Shown in pieces: positions 29,901 through 38,687 of a DNA stretch of 64,000 nucleotides. A model generated the notes under the pieces. The model was given only the letters and a program-made list of their open reading frames with translations. It did no database searches and had not been told where the DNA came from. The stretch lies in NCBI GenBank assembly GCA_050177605.1, contig JBFXGX010000007.1, positions 1-64,000 of the forward strand, given 5' to 3'. The DNA is from Candidatus Izemoplasmatales bacterium. Lineage in GTDB: Bacteria; Bacillota_I; Bacilli_A; Izemoplasmatales; Hujiaoplasmataceae. Within the stretch, counting starts at the first letter, position 1. The number at the start of each line of letters is the position of its first letter. A program made the translations under genes and the position numbers.

Positions 29901-30141
29901 TTCTAAATCCAATTGTCGGTACATACATATAGGCAAGGTTCGCTGGATAAAACTCTAGAATCGCTCCATTTTTATCTCTTAAACCAAAAGAAGAGATACC
30001 TTGTCCACGGTTGACATAAAATGCCCACATTGGAATACCTCTTTTACCTGCAAGTCCGGGTAAAAAGCTTGCAAATGTCTTCGCCTTATCGTAATCTTTA
30101 ATTTCAAAAGCGTGATTTTTAAATTGATATTTATTCATCAT
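26980..30141 (-). CDS. Large inverting glycoside phosphorylase, GH161-like (beta-1,3-glucan phosphorylase; GH94/149/161 clan)
   Basis: 1053 aa. FASFLPG..G..GIPMWAFYVNRGQ, YSRKHGDLERDYN, QGNGNFRDVCQNRR, GYWSDHW, KPGWNDAMNGLPG and GWLERES.FLHM.YKY motifs. Confidence 0.7.
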   Translation of the reverse strand: MMNKYQFKNHAFEIKDYDKAKTFASFLPGLAGKRGIPMWAFYVNRGQGISSFGLRDKNGAILEFYPANLAYMYVPTIGFRTFIKINGEVVECFGSNQEATSRTMKITQASLVLEETLSNYGLTVKVTYFGLPNEDIAALTRRVEISNPTEQDYDIEVLDGIAQLLPSGIDYGGYKAISNLLRSWMNVEELENKFAFFKLRSSTGDEAETKAVKDGNFYVSFVNHQLTTPITDLDLVFDYDTALKYPRYFEENSLSKIMTEKQITENKVPCGFTPVISLIKSKETITIDTLIGYTKNVEVVYDKLNTLSVPTYFENKENEAKEVIDVLLDEVKTVTNVPLFDEYIRQNYLDNLLRGGYPFTIPTKDKNYVYYLYSRKHGDLERDYNFFTIAPEFYSQGNGNFRDVCQNRRSDILLHPEIGDYNFHVFASLIQADGYNPLSINGSTFELKSKNDAKTLIKECFQSDNHELVEHLSGKFTPGSIINLAYNLGINSTLSDEVLLETILSKSSQNIESSFGEGYWSDHWTYILDLVENYEHVFPDKMSSVLFDEYKYAYFLSGVSVYPRSEKTVVDKEGNVRQYGSLRHPDDVIVSSYGINPHGTNWLTNKEKEIIYTNLYSKLFVLAFNKYALLDSHGLGIEMEGNKPGWNDAMNGLPGLFGSGMPETIELKRLVDYLILHLEENANLSLLSSFKSFYTAVEGVSAKSEYDYWDQVKTLLEDYRESLRTPSSDIVNVKGNELKKLLLLMQDKLQKAIDKALVLGKGIMPTYFTFEADSFDYVLDASGNKVNSHYGLPKAKVHSFSVKPLPYFLEGPARLLKVRKDQAANKDMIEHIKKTDLYDEVLGMYKTSSDLDDWGYEIGRIRAFTKGWLERESNFLHMTYKYLLGILKSGNIDEFFEESVKNLVYNLDPEKYGRSTLENSSFIATSNNPNPHIFSQGFVSRLSGSTAEMLSIWAILVYGKELYHLDNNELALTLKPLLSKEFFKNGVIETVFQGVPVVYQNISGKDGKDLTVTNYTLILPDGTNKVVQGNKLIGNDALLVRNKLVSKLIIELN

Positions 30142-30152
30142 TTCACTCCTTG

Positions 30153-30166
30153 TGTAACTGGTTTCA
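30153..30166 (-). promoter_or_regulatory. LacI/CcpA-type (cre-like) operator
   Basis: Minus-strand TGAAACCAGTTACA lies between the -10 (TATAAT, 30175-30180) and the RBS of the phosphorylase gene. Confidence 0.6.
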
Positions 30167-30248
30167 CATTGTATATTATACTCTTTTTAATTCATAATAT
30201 CAATATAAACAAATTTGTTCCATAAAAAAAACACTGTCAGAAACAGTG

Positions 30249-30770
30249 TTAAATAGTAACAGCTAATACAAAGGCGATTACCGCAGCAGTAATACTTAAA
30301 AAATAAAGCAAAATTAAGAAGACTGGTCGTAACTTTCCATATATTTTACTTGCAATTAATCCCATCGCGATAATAAACAATATCGAAAGCATATAAGTGA
30401 AATATTCATCATAAACATCAGAATATACTGGATACTTACCTTGAATAATGAGTGGCACATGAATGATTACGAGTAAGAGTAAAATCCAAATAGGTGAAGT
30501 TTGTGATAAATTTTCATTATGACCTAGTGCTTTTTTGCTTGTAGGATAACTAAAATTTGCGATAAGTTGATAAAAAGTCATAAAGGCAGGATAAAGAAAG
30601 AACGTTAAAAAATAAAAATAATCGCTTCGAACATATAAATAGTTAATCAATGTTAGTAACACAAGAAGATTAAACGCCCAAAAATTGACATAAAGGACTG
30701 GATATGTCGATTTAACTGTTCTTAACCATTTAGGAAAATTTTTGATCCATAAATATAGTCTGGTAAACAT
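30249..30770 (-). CDS. Hypothetical multi-pass membrane protein
   Basis: 173-aa ORF with about 5 hydrophobic segments; RBS AAGGAG. Confidence 0.7.
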   Translation of the reverse strand: MFTRLYLWIKNFPKWLRTVKSTYPVLYVNFWAFNLLVLLTLINYLYVRSDYFYFLTFFLYPAFMTFYQLIANFSYPTSKKALGHNENLSQTSPIWILLLLVIIHVPLIIQGKYPVYSDVYDEYFTYMLSILFIIAMGLIASKIYGKLRPVFLILLYFLSITAAVIAFVLAVTI

Positions 30771-30809
30771 GTTTTACTCCTTAAATGAAAAAAACAGGTT
30801 GCCCTGTTC

Positions 30810-31097
30810 TTATACTTGCGGATAAACAGATGCTTGTTTTCTGTCTTTTCCTAATCTTTCATATTTTACAACGCCGTCGATTAACGCAAATAAAGTATCA
30901 TCTTTTCCTAAACCAACATTTTCACCAGGGTGAACTTTGGTTCCTCTTTGACGATATATAATCGAACCTGCTGTACAATATTGTCCATCAGATAATTTAG
31001 CACCTAAACGGCGACCTGCGGAGTCACGACCATTTTTAGTCGAACCTACTCCCTTTTTCGAAGCCATCAGTTCAAGAACTTGTAGATCAAGTATCAT
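30810..31097 (-). CDS. rpmA: 50S ribosomal protein L27 with N-terminal extension
   Basis: [20 protein letters not shown] and DDTLFAL motifs. GGAGGT precedes the ATG at 31097, giving [15 protein letters not shown]. Confidence 0.96.
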   Translation of the reverse strand: MILDLQVLELMASKKGVGSTKNGRDSAGRRLGAKLSDGQYCTAGSIIYRQRGTKVHPGENVGLGKDDTLFALIDGVVKYERLGKDRKQASVYPQV

Positions 31098-31133
31098 TAA
31101 AAACACCTCCAATAATAGATTAAAAAATCTTTG

Positions 31134-31442
31134 TTATAGTTGAATATCGGTAATCGTTAGTTTGGTATATGGTTGACGATGTCCATTTTTCTTGTGGTAA
31201 TGTTTCTTTGGTTCGTATTTAAATACGATAATCTTTGGAGCTTTACCATGTTTTGTGACTGTCGCTGTAACCGTAGCACCTTTAACGTATGGTTTACCAA
31301 CTTTGACTTTGTCTCCACCAACCATTAATACTTTATCAAAAGTATAAGTTTCATTTTCGACAACATCTAATTTTTCAACGAAAATTTCTTGTCCGACTTC
31401 AACGCGAAGTTGTTTTCCACCTGTTTCAATAACTGCGTACAT
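31134..31442 (-). CDS. rplU: 50S ribosomal protein L21
   Basis: [11 protein letters not shown] and GHRQPYT motifs. Confidence 0.98.
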   Translation of the reverse strand: MYAVIETGGKQLRVEVGQEIFVEKLDVVENETYTFDKVLMVGGDKVKVGKPYVKGATVTATVTKHGKAPKIIVFKYEPKKHYHKKNGHRQPYTKLTITDIQL

Positions 31443-31461
31443 TTTTGCACCTCCTCATATA

Positions 31462-31532
31462 TTTAAGACTCGCCATAATGGTACGTAAACGTTTGAAAAC
31501 CATGTTTGTGCGGTATGCGTTTCACATACGAA
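31462..31532 (-). ncRNA. L21 ribosomal protein leader
   Basis: Minus-strand GTATG..CATAC hairpin, then CGCACA...GGCGAGTC just upstream of the rplU RBS. Confidence 0.75.
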
Positions 31533-31572
31533 AAATATTATACAGTAAATATGATGCTTTGTCAATCAATAT

Positions 31573-32556
31573 TTACTCCAATTCTTGCGGATATTTAAGA
31601 TTCCAATTGGCTCTAATTTCATCCATTTGACGCATTATTTCAAGTGTTGTCTCATGCGGCATAACCTTAGATTCTAATTGTTTCTTTTTAAGGCATTTTA
31701 CGACTTCAAATATCTCATATTCCATCCCGTTAACGATGTGCTTGTGCTCAATCACTCTCACTACTTTATGGTTGTTATTATAAAGTGTCGCAACTTCTGC
31801 TCTGTGGAAGTTTGGAATATAGAAATACCCCTTTGTGCCATAAATATAGGCGTCTTGTGTAATATCTTCCATAAAGGACGATTTGAGTACTGCTTTTGCT
31901 TCAGGATAATAATAGATGATTTCATTTGACTGATCTACACCTGTTTCACTGAATACACAACTAGTATCAAAACTATCTGGGATACCTAAGAATAAATTCG
32001 CCAGTGTTATCGGATAAATTCCGATATCGAGTAAAGCTCCACCTCCTAGTAAAGGATTGAAGAGTCGATCACTTAATGAATGATTTGAATTGAAGCCAAA
32101 ATTGCCTTCAATTTGGAATATCTCTCCTATTGTATCTTCATCAATCATTTTCTTCACTTCAAGGATTGTCGGTAAGAATCTTGTCCACATTGCTTCCATT
32201 ACAAAAAGATTTTTTTCTTTTGCAATCGCTAGAATCTCTTCTGCTTGCGCTAAATTTAAAGTAAAGGCCTTTTCACAAAGGATATTTTTCCCTTTTTCGA
32301 GACATAATTTCATTTGCTCATAATGAAATCCGTGTGGTGTAGCAATATAAACACAATCTACTAGAGGATCCTCTAGCATTTCTTCATAACTTCCATAGGC
32401 TTTCTCAAATCCATATTTTTTTGCGAATTCTTCCGCCTTAGCTAAATCTCTTGAGGCAACTGCATAAAGATTTTCTTGGATTCCATCCGCTGCTTTCGAA
32501 AAAGTTGCGGCGATTCTTCCAGCACCAATAACTCCGAATTTTATCATCTCTTTCAC
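31573..32556 (-). CDS. Gfo/Idh/MocA family oxidoreductase
   Basis: GVIGAGRIA, YIATPH, LCEKAF, MEAMWTRF and GGGALLDIGIYP motifs. Confidence 0.92.
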   Translation of the reverse strand: MKEMIKFGVIGAGRIAATFSKAADGIQENLYAVASRDLAKAEEFAKKYGFEKAYGSYEEMLEDPLVDCVYIATPHGFHYEQMKLCLEKGKNILCEKAFTLNLAQAEEILAIAKEKNLFVMEAMWTRFLPTILEVKKMIDEDTIGEIFQIEGNFGFNSNHSLSDRLFNPLLGGGALLDIGIYPITLANLFLGIPDSFDTSCVFSETGVDQSNEIIYYYPEAKAVLKSSFMEDITQDAYIYGTKGYFYIPNFHRAEVATLYNNNHKVVRVIEHKHIVNGMEYEIFEVVKCLKKKQLESKVMPHETTLEIMRQMDEIRANWNLKYPQELE

Positions 32557-32675
32557 CTCTATCTATTATTATACAATAAACAAATTTATTTTGTAATGTA
32601 ATACGAATATTTATCTACATTTCTTTTTATTTGCGATTGAAAATATGTTACAATATTTTTAAAGGAAGTGAGACT

Positions 32676-33611
32676 ATGGATTATATCATTTATATTATTA
32701 TCGCAGTTTTAATCATTAGTTACTTTAGTTTTTCCTACGGAATGTATTCGAAAATATTTCGAACGGATCCAGCAAAGGATTACCGTGTAGTCAATCAAGA
32801 AGATCCATTTTTCAAACCTTCTTTTGATTGGTACCAAAAAGTACCGAAAGAAGAAATTAAGATTTCTTCCTACGACGGATATCAATTGAATGGAATATTT
32901 ATCCCTGCTCTCGATGAACAATCAACCAGCCTCGCAATCGTATCCCATGGATATCATGCTTGTTCTGATGATATGATAGCGATAGCGAAATTATATAGTG
33001 ATATGGGATTTAAGGTCATCTTAATTAATCATCGAGGTCATCATGGCTCTGGCGGTGGATTCACTTCTTTCGGGTATTACGAAAAATATGATGTCAAAAA
33101 GTGGATTGAGTATGCATTAAGGACTTATTCGGCAACGGATAATATCTTACTTCATGGTGTATCCATGGGTGCTGCCACAATGATACAGTCAACTTCACTA
33201 AATTTACCAAAGAATGTCAAATATATCGTTGCTGATAGTGGTTTTAGCCATTTATCTAAAATGTTTATCTTTATGCTAAAACCAAAGTTTCTACGAATCT
33301 TTCTACCAGGGATTAGTTTAATTACATACTTAAGACATCGATTCTTTTTATTCCAAATAGCTCCAATTAAGAACGCCAAAAAGACGGTCATCCCATTGTT
33401 TATCATTCATGGTGAACAAGATGAAATGGTCCCGTTTTCAATGGGAAAATTACTTTTTGAGGCTTCAAATTCTCCATACAAGAACTTTCATCCTGTCCCA
33501 GATTGTAAACACGGGGTAGGCTATATTAAGGACAAGCAAGGCATTGAGTCCTTTCTCAAATCAGATTTGCCGAAGTACTTTACATTAAAAAATAAGTTAA
33601 TAAAAAAGTGA
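32676..33611 (+). CDS. Membrane-anchored alpha/beta hydrolase
   Basis: N-terminal TM segment; HGY, RGH, GVSMG nucleophile elbow, IHGEQD and a catalytic His. Confidence 0.88.
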   Translation: MDYIIYIIIAVLIISYFSFSYGMYSKIFRTDPAKDYRVVNQEDPFFKPSFDWYQKVPKEEIKISSYDGYQLNGIFIPALDEQSTSLAIVSHGYHACSDDMIAIAKLYSDMGFKVILINHRGHHGSGGGFTSFGYYEKYDVKKWIEYALRTYSATDNILLHGVSMGAATMIQSTSLNLPKNVKYIVADSGFSHLSKMFIFMLKPKFLRIFLPGISLITYLRHRFFLFQIAPIKNAKKTVIPLFIIHGEQDEMVPFSMGKLLFEASNSPYKNFHPVPDCKHGVGYIKDKQGIESFLKSDLPKYFTLKNKLIKK

Positions 33612-33618
33612 GTAGTTT

Positions 33619-35253
33619 TTACTCACTTTTTCTATAATAAACTCTTGCTTCATAAGGCTTTAATAATGTCTCGTTGCTAACTTCATCATAATTATGAAGT
33701 ACACATTGATACTCACTTAAATTGATTGAGGATTTGAGTTTTAAATCACGGTCAGATAAGTTACAAACCACAATCAACTTCTCCTTTTCTAATGTACGAG
33801 AATAGGCATATAACGTTTTATGATGAAACTGAATATCTTCGTACTTGCCATAAACAATCACGGGATACATCTTTCTAAGCGCTACAATTTGTTTATAATA
33901 ATTTAGAATTGATTTTGGATCTGTTTCTTCATCAGTCACATTGATTTTCTCGTAATTACGATTGATTTTAATCCATGGTTGATTGGTTGTGAAACCAGCA
34001 TTTTCTTCATGAGACCATTGCATTGGTGTTCTTGCGTTGTCTCGTGACATTTTTTTTAGTTTGTGCATCATTCTTCCATGAGACATCATCAATTTTCTTC
34101 CAAAATGATAAATATTATGACTTTCAATGTCTTTATAGTCATCCAAATCGTCAAATTCAATATTCGTCATACCTAGTTCTTGACCTTGATAAATATAAGG
34201 GGTCCCTTGTTGAAAATAAAGCATTGTCGCTAGCATTGTAGCGGATTCATAGTGATATTCTACACTTCCAAATCTCGAAACACTACGTGGTTGGTCATGA
34301 TTTTCTAAATAAAGGGAATTCCATCCATTTGGATAGAGTCCTCTTTGCCATTTTGATAGAGGTTTTTTAAGATTGATTGGTTTAAATTTCTTCATAAACC
34401 ATTTTACATAATGGATATCAGCTGCCATATGATCAAATTGAAAAACCATATCGAGTTCTCGAATGTCTTCATCAATGTACTTTAAGGCTGTTTCTGGCGA
34501 TACAAAGGCCGTTTCACCAACGGTAAAACAATCATATTTACTCAAGACATCATCTCTTAACTCTTGTAGGTAAGGATGAATTTTTGGGTGATTCATATAG
34601 TGTTCTTTCCCGACTAAAATGATTCCAGGCTTTCCATTTGGTAATCCATCTTCTTTGGCAATGAGATTGATGACGTCACATCTGAAGCCATCTACTCCTA
34701 AGTTAAGCCAAAATCTCATAATGTCTTTGACACCTTCGCGGACACCAGGATGGTCCCAATTGAGATCGGGTTGTTTTTTTGAAAAAAGATGTAGATAATA
34801 TTCGTTTCTTGTCTCATCTTTAGTCCACGCTTCACCGCCGAAAAAAGATGTCCAATTCTTCTTTTTTGGTGACCAATGATAATAATCGTTGAAAGGTGGA
34901 ATATTTTTTTTCGATTGAATAAACCAAGGATGTTCATCCGAAGTATGATTTACAACTAAATCCATAATTAATTTAATTCCATTTGCATGAAATTTGCTAA
35001 TTAGTTCTTTCATATCGTCAAGTGTACCAAAATCGGGTTGAATATCGTAATAATCAGAGATATCATAACCATTGTCATCATTTGGAGAAAGATAGACAGG
35101 ACTTAGCCATACCATTGAAACGCCTAAAGAGACTAAATAAGGAATTCTAGAAATGATTCCTTGTAAATCACCGATGCCATCACCATTTGAATCTTGGAAA
35201 CTTCTAGGATAGATTTGATAGACAAATCCTTCTCTAAACCAAGTTTTTTTCAT
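33619..35253 (-). CDS. GH13 alpha-glucosidase / oligo-1,6-glucosidase
   Basis: YQIYPRSFQDSNGDGIGDL, DLVVNHTSDEH, QPDLNW, GFRCDVIN, NHDQPR and RDNARTPMQW motifs. Confidence 0.93.
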   Translation of the reverse strand: MKKTWFREGFVYQIYPRSFQDSNGDGIGDLQGIISRIPYLVSLGVSMVWLSPVYLSPNDDNGYDISDYYDIQPDFGTLDDMKELISKFHANGIKLIMDLVVNHTSDEHPWFIQSKKNIPPFNDYYHWSPKKKNWTSFFGGEAWTKDETRNEYYLHLFSKKQPDLNWDHPGVREGVKDIMRFWLNLGVDGFRCDVINLIAKEDGLPNGKPGIILVGKEHYMNHPKIHPYLQELRDDVLSKYDCFTVGETAFVSPETALKYIDEDIRELDMVFQFDHMAADIHYVKWFMKKFKPINLKKPLSKWQRGLYPNGWNSLYLENHDQPRSVSRFGSVEYHYESATMLATMLYFQQGTPYIYQGQELGMTNIEFDDLDDYKDIESHNIYHFGRKLMMSHGRMMHKLKKMSRDNARTPMQWSHEENAGFTTNQPWIKINRNYEKINVTDEETDPKSILNYYKQIVALRKMYPVIVYGKYEDIQFHHKTLYAYSRTLEKEKLIVVCNLSDRDLKLKSSINLSEYQCVLHNYDEVSNETLLKPYEARVYYRKSE

Positions 35254-35353
35254 TAAAAAACACCTCCGATAAAATCACCTGTTTTCATTATACTCTATTC
35301 AATCTTTGATTTTCAATAAAAAAAAACTATGCCGTAGCATAGTAATTAATTCA

Positions 35354-35430
35354 TGGCGACCCGAAAGGGATTCGAACCCCCGACCGATGGCTCCGGAAGC
35401 CATTGCTCTATCCAACTGAGCTATCGGGCC
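35354..35430 (-). tRNA. tRNA-Arg(CCG)
   Basis: Cloverleaf; anticodon arm ATGGC-TT-CCG-GA-GCCAT; GTTCGAATC; encoded CCA end. Confidence 0.95.
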
Positions 35431-35435
35431 AAACA

Positions 35436-35512
35436 TGGCGACCCGGAAGGGATTCGAACCCCCGACCGACGGCTTAGGAAGCCGCTGCTCTATCCTGCTG
35501 AGCTACCGAGTC
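35436..35512 (-). tRNA. tRNA-Arg(CCT)
   Basis: Anticodon arm GCGGC-TT-CCT-AA-GCCGT; encoded CCA end. Confidence 0.95.
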
Positions 35513-35598
35513 ACGCATTATCATTATATCAAATCTTCATCAATTTTAAAATAAAAAAACGATAACCAATTAGAAAGTTATCGTTTTGATATTTAACG

Positions 35599-35675
<77 letters not shown>

Positions 35676-35786
35676 AGTTTTCGTAACGCATTAATTATTA
35701 TAATATGTTAGGTGCTTTTTGTAAAGGAATTTTTACGATTCAAACAAAAAAAATACAATGAATTTCATTGTACTTTTTAGATGATT

Positions 35787-38687
35787 TTATTTTTTTGTTG
35801 TAGTAGCTTGTGTTGCAAAACCAATTCGGTTCATTTGTCCCCAAGCTTGGTTCTCTTTTAAGGAAGCAAAAAAGCCAACAACACGATAAAGACTATTAAA
35901 TTGTCGCCAACCAAAATTCTCAATAACAGCATATCCGAGAAGACGAATAATCTCTTTCAGTGTGTAATTCTCTTGATCAGTCTCACTAATTAAAAGAGAG
36001 AATAATGAAAGCGTGACGCCTAGTAAAATTGTAACGACGAGTAAAGCTATCAAAATCGCTGTATTTAATAATCCGAAAATGAGCCCTGCAAAAATCGCTA
36101 AATAAGCTTGAACCTCAAAAAGTGGACCTATCGCTTCAAAAATATAAAAATAAGGCATCGCAACCATTCCAACTTGTTTGTACTTTGGATTCATAATCAT
36201 TTTTCGATGATAGGATAAGATATCAATTAACCCACGTTGCCATCTTTTCCTTTGTTTTAGGAATGATTTTAATTCTTGCGGTACTTCTGTATAACATCTA
36301 GCCTTAGCGATGAAATCAACACGATAATTGAGTCCTTGTTCAATGGCTTTACGTGTAACCCTCACAACAAGTTCCATATCTTCTCCAACAGTATCTTTCT
36401 TCATAGAACTAACGGTTAAATATCCACCAGATTCGATTAAAATTCGCTTTTCAAAGATTCCAAAAGCCCCTGAAATAATTAATAATGATTTAATTTCTGA
36501 AAAGCCCATACGGGAGATATTAAAAGCTCGTAAATACTCTATATTTTGTAGAGCCGCGAGTGTTTGAATAGGAATATTATACTTTTCGATATAACCATGA
36601 TCAACTAAAGAACTATTGACAGGGATAATCGACCCCCCTAAAGCGATCGTAATTTTCTCATGGTCCAACATAGAGGACATCAGTTTCAATAATGCATCTC
36701 CTTCTAAAATAGAATCTGCATCTATTCCGCAAATATACTCTTTGATTGCGTAATTAATACCTACATTGAGTGCATCTGCTTTTCCACCATTTTGCTTGTC
36801 GACAACGGTTAAATTGGGGATAGCTGGAGATTTATAGACGGCGATGACATCTTTCGTCTGAATCTTATGGTCTATAAAGACATCTTTTCTTACTAAATTA
36901 AAATGTTTAATGACTTTTTCAAGCGTTCTATCCTTTGAACCATCATTGACGACAATCACTTCGTAGTTCGGATAATCCAGGTTTAACAAAGAATGAATAT
37001 TGTCAACAATCGATAATTCTTCGTTATAAGCAGGAGCGATAATTGAAACCCCTGGAATCATTCCAAATTCGTATAGTAATGTCTTCCTTTTTATATCCCA
37101 TAACTTCATCTGATTTTTGTTTTTATAGAAGGATAAAACTGCTAAAAAAAGATAAATGAAGTTGACGCTTAAGTAATACAGAATAAATGAAACATTCAGG
37201 AAAACAATGTATCCTGGTAATGAAAGACTAGTGTTGCCTGTGATGAGCCCTTTTAAATTAAATAATAGATATAGAAAAGGAATAAATAGAATTGAAAAAA
37301 TAATATTCTTGATTAGCCACTTTGTCTTTGAAATTTCAGGTATAACCGTTCTTTTATTATCTTTACTGATCTTTAAACGTCGGAAACCTGTACGATCGTA
37401 ACATAATGGGTCCAAAAACTGGTTGAGTTCAATGAGTAAAGTCTCTTCCCTCGTTGCATAAGGTAGTAACACTTTAAATATCATTTTTTCAACTGCTAGA
37501 TTTTTGTTTGTGTTTAAAAAATTGATGATTTCAGTCGTAAAGTTATAACGACATAGAATATCTATCATTTTTTCTAGACTTTCAACGTCTGTTAAATAAT
37601 ATTTAACGATGAGATATTCTATACGATTTGAAAAGACATGGGCTAGAATATCCTCATAGTCCTTATTTTCTCTTTTTAAAATGACTTTAAACAAATCATC
37701 ATAGAGTTTTCGGTTTTTATCAAGTATATTCAGCATCGCGTTCGCATAAACTTTTTTATGTTTTGATTGAGAGCCGAAAGATATCATTAAATCAAGGACA
37801 TTCGGTGTTTCATTCACATTGATCGAAGATAAGGCAACACTTACGACTTTTGGATCATCACTCAGTAAGTATTTTGAGGTGATAAGATCATAATTGTAGA
37901 AATTACTAAGGGATGATAAAGTTGATTGATACATTCTTTCGATGCGAAAACGACTAATCCCTTGGTAGATGGACATCGAATGATTGAGTAAAACACTTTC
38001 TTCATCCGCAAGGTGTTTAAGTAAAAGTTTTTCAAAGTCGGGATGATACATTACCTTTGCTAAGTCAACAAAGACTTCTTTTACTTCAAACTCGTTGCGG
38101 TCAAAATAGATTTCAATGTTTGGAATACTCGTTGGAAGATAATCTTGCAAGAAATTAATCACGCGGTATTGATAGAAACGTTTACTACCGATAATGCTAT
38201 AAATAATTGATTTGAATACGGCATCATTGATGTTGTTCTTGAGTGAATAAAGCAGCAATACTTTGACCCGTTCATTGTGTTCTGTTTCAAGAAGTCCACG
38301 GAGTGTGTTCAAAATATATACTTCAGGAAAGGATGAAAGGAATGTAATTGCCTTTAAACGTTGATAAACGCTCTTGCTTTGAAGCTTTTTAAGCGATTTA
38401 TTAATGAAACCTTGTTTGACAAAATCGCGGTATGCGCTCGATTTTAACTCGGTAGAAAGCTCTACATTAGCAATGAGCTTCATATATGCAGCATAGATAT
38501 GTTTTCTTGATATTTTACGACTCACTTTTTTGCCAAGACCATACTTGTTTAGAATGTATTCCTCTGCAATCGCTCTTCTTTTCTTTTCAATATTCATCAC
38601 GATATAGTGTTGTAAAATATGTACAATCATGAATAAACTTAAAAGAAGGAGGATATAAAGAATAAGAAGGATGATTTTTTCTGTCAT
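35787..38687 (-). CDS. Processive GT2 glycosyltransferase (PgaC/IcaA-like) fused to an N-terminal TM and HEAT-like helical region
   Basis: IIAPAYNEE, VVNDGSKD, NGGKADALN, DADS, SGAF, GEDMEL and QRKRWQRG (QxxRW) motifs with flanking TMs; ~450-aa helical N-terminal region. Confidence 0.85.
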   Translation of the reverse strand: MTEKIILLILYILLLLSLFMIVHILQHYIVMNIEKKRRAIAEEYILNKYGLGKKVSRKISRKHIYAAYMKLIANVELSTELKSSAYRDFVKQGFINKSLKKLQSKSVYQRLKAITFLSSFPEVYILNTLRGLLETEHNERVKVLLLYSLKNNINDAVFKSIIYSIIGSKRFYQYRVINFLQDYLPTSIPNIEIYFDRNEFEVKEVFVDLAKVMYHPDFEKLLLKHLADEESVLLNHSMSIYQGISRFRIERMYQSTLSSLSNFYNYDLITSKYLLSDDPKVVSVALSSINVNETPNVLDLMISFGSQSKHKKVYANAMLNILDKNRKLYDDLFKVILKRENKDYEDILAHVFSNRIEYLIVKYYLTDVESLEKMIDILCRYNFTTEIINFLNTNKNLAVEKMIFKVLLPYATREETLLIELNQFLDPLCYDRTGFRRLKISKDNKRTVIPEISKTKWLIKNIIFSILFIPFLYLLFNLKGLITGNTSLSLPGYIVFLNVSFILYYLSVNFIYLFLAVLSFYKNKNQMKLWDIKRKTLLYEFGMIPGVSIIAPAYNEELSIVDNIHSLLNLDYPNYEVIVVNDGSKDRTLEKVIKHFNLVRKDVFIDHKIQTKDVIAVYKSPAIPNLTVVDKQNGGKADALNVGINYAIKEYICGIDADSILEGDALLKLMSSMLDHEKITIALGGSIIPVNSSLVDHGYIEKYNIPIQTLAALQNIEYLRAFNISRMGFSEIKSLLIISGAFGIFEKRILIESGGYLTVSSMKKDTVGEDMELVVRVTRKAIEQGLNYRVDFIAKARCYTEVPQELKSFLKQRKRWQRGLIDILSYHRKMIMNPKYKQVGMVAMPYFYIFEAIGPLFEVQAYLAIFAGLIFGLLNTAILIALLVVTILLGVTLSLFSLLISETDQENYTLKEIIRLLGYAVIENFGWRQFNSLYRVVGFFASLKENQAWGQMNRIGFATQATTTKK

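Noticed and set aside
35353..35565. 70-aa ORF on the + strand (MATRKGFEPPT...)
   Set aside because: It is the antisense reading of two tRNA-Arg genes.
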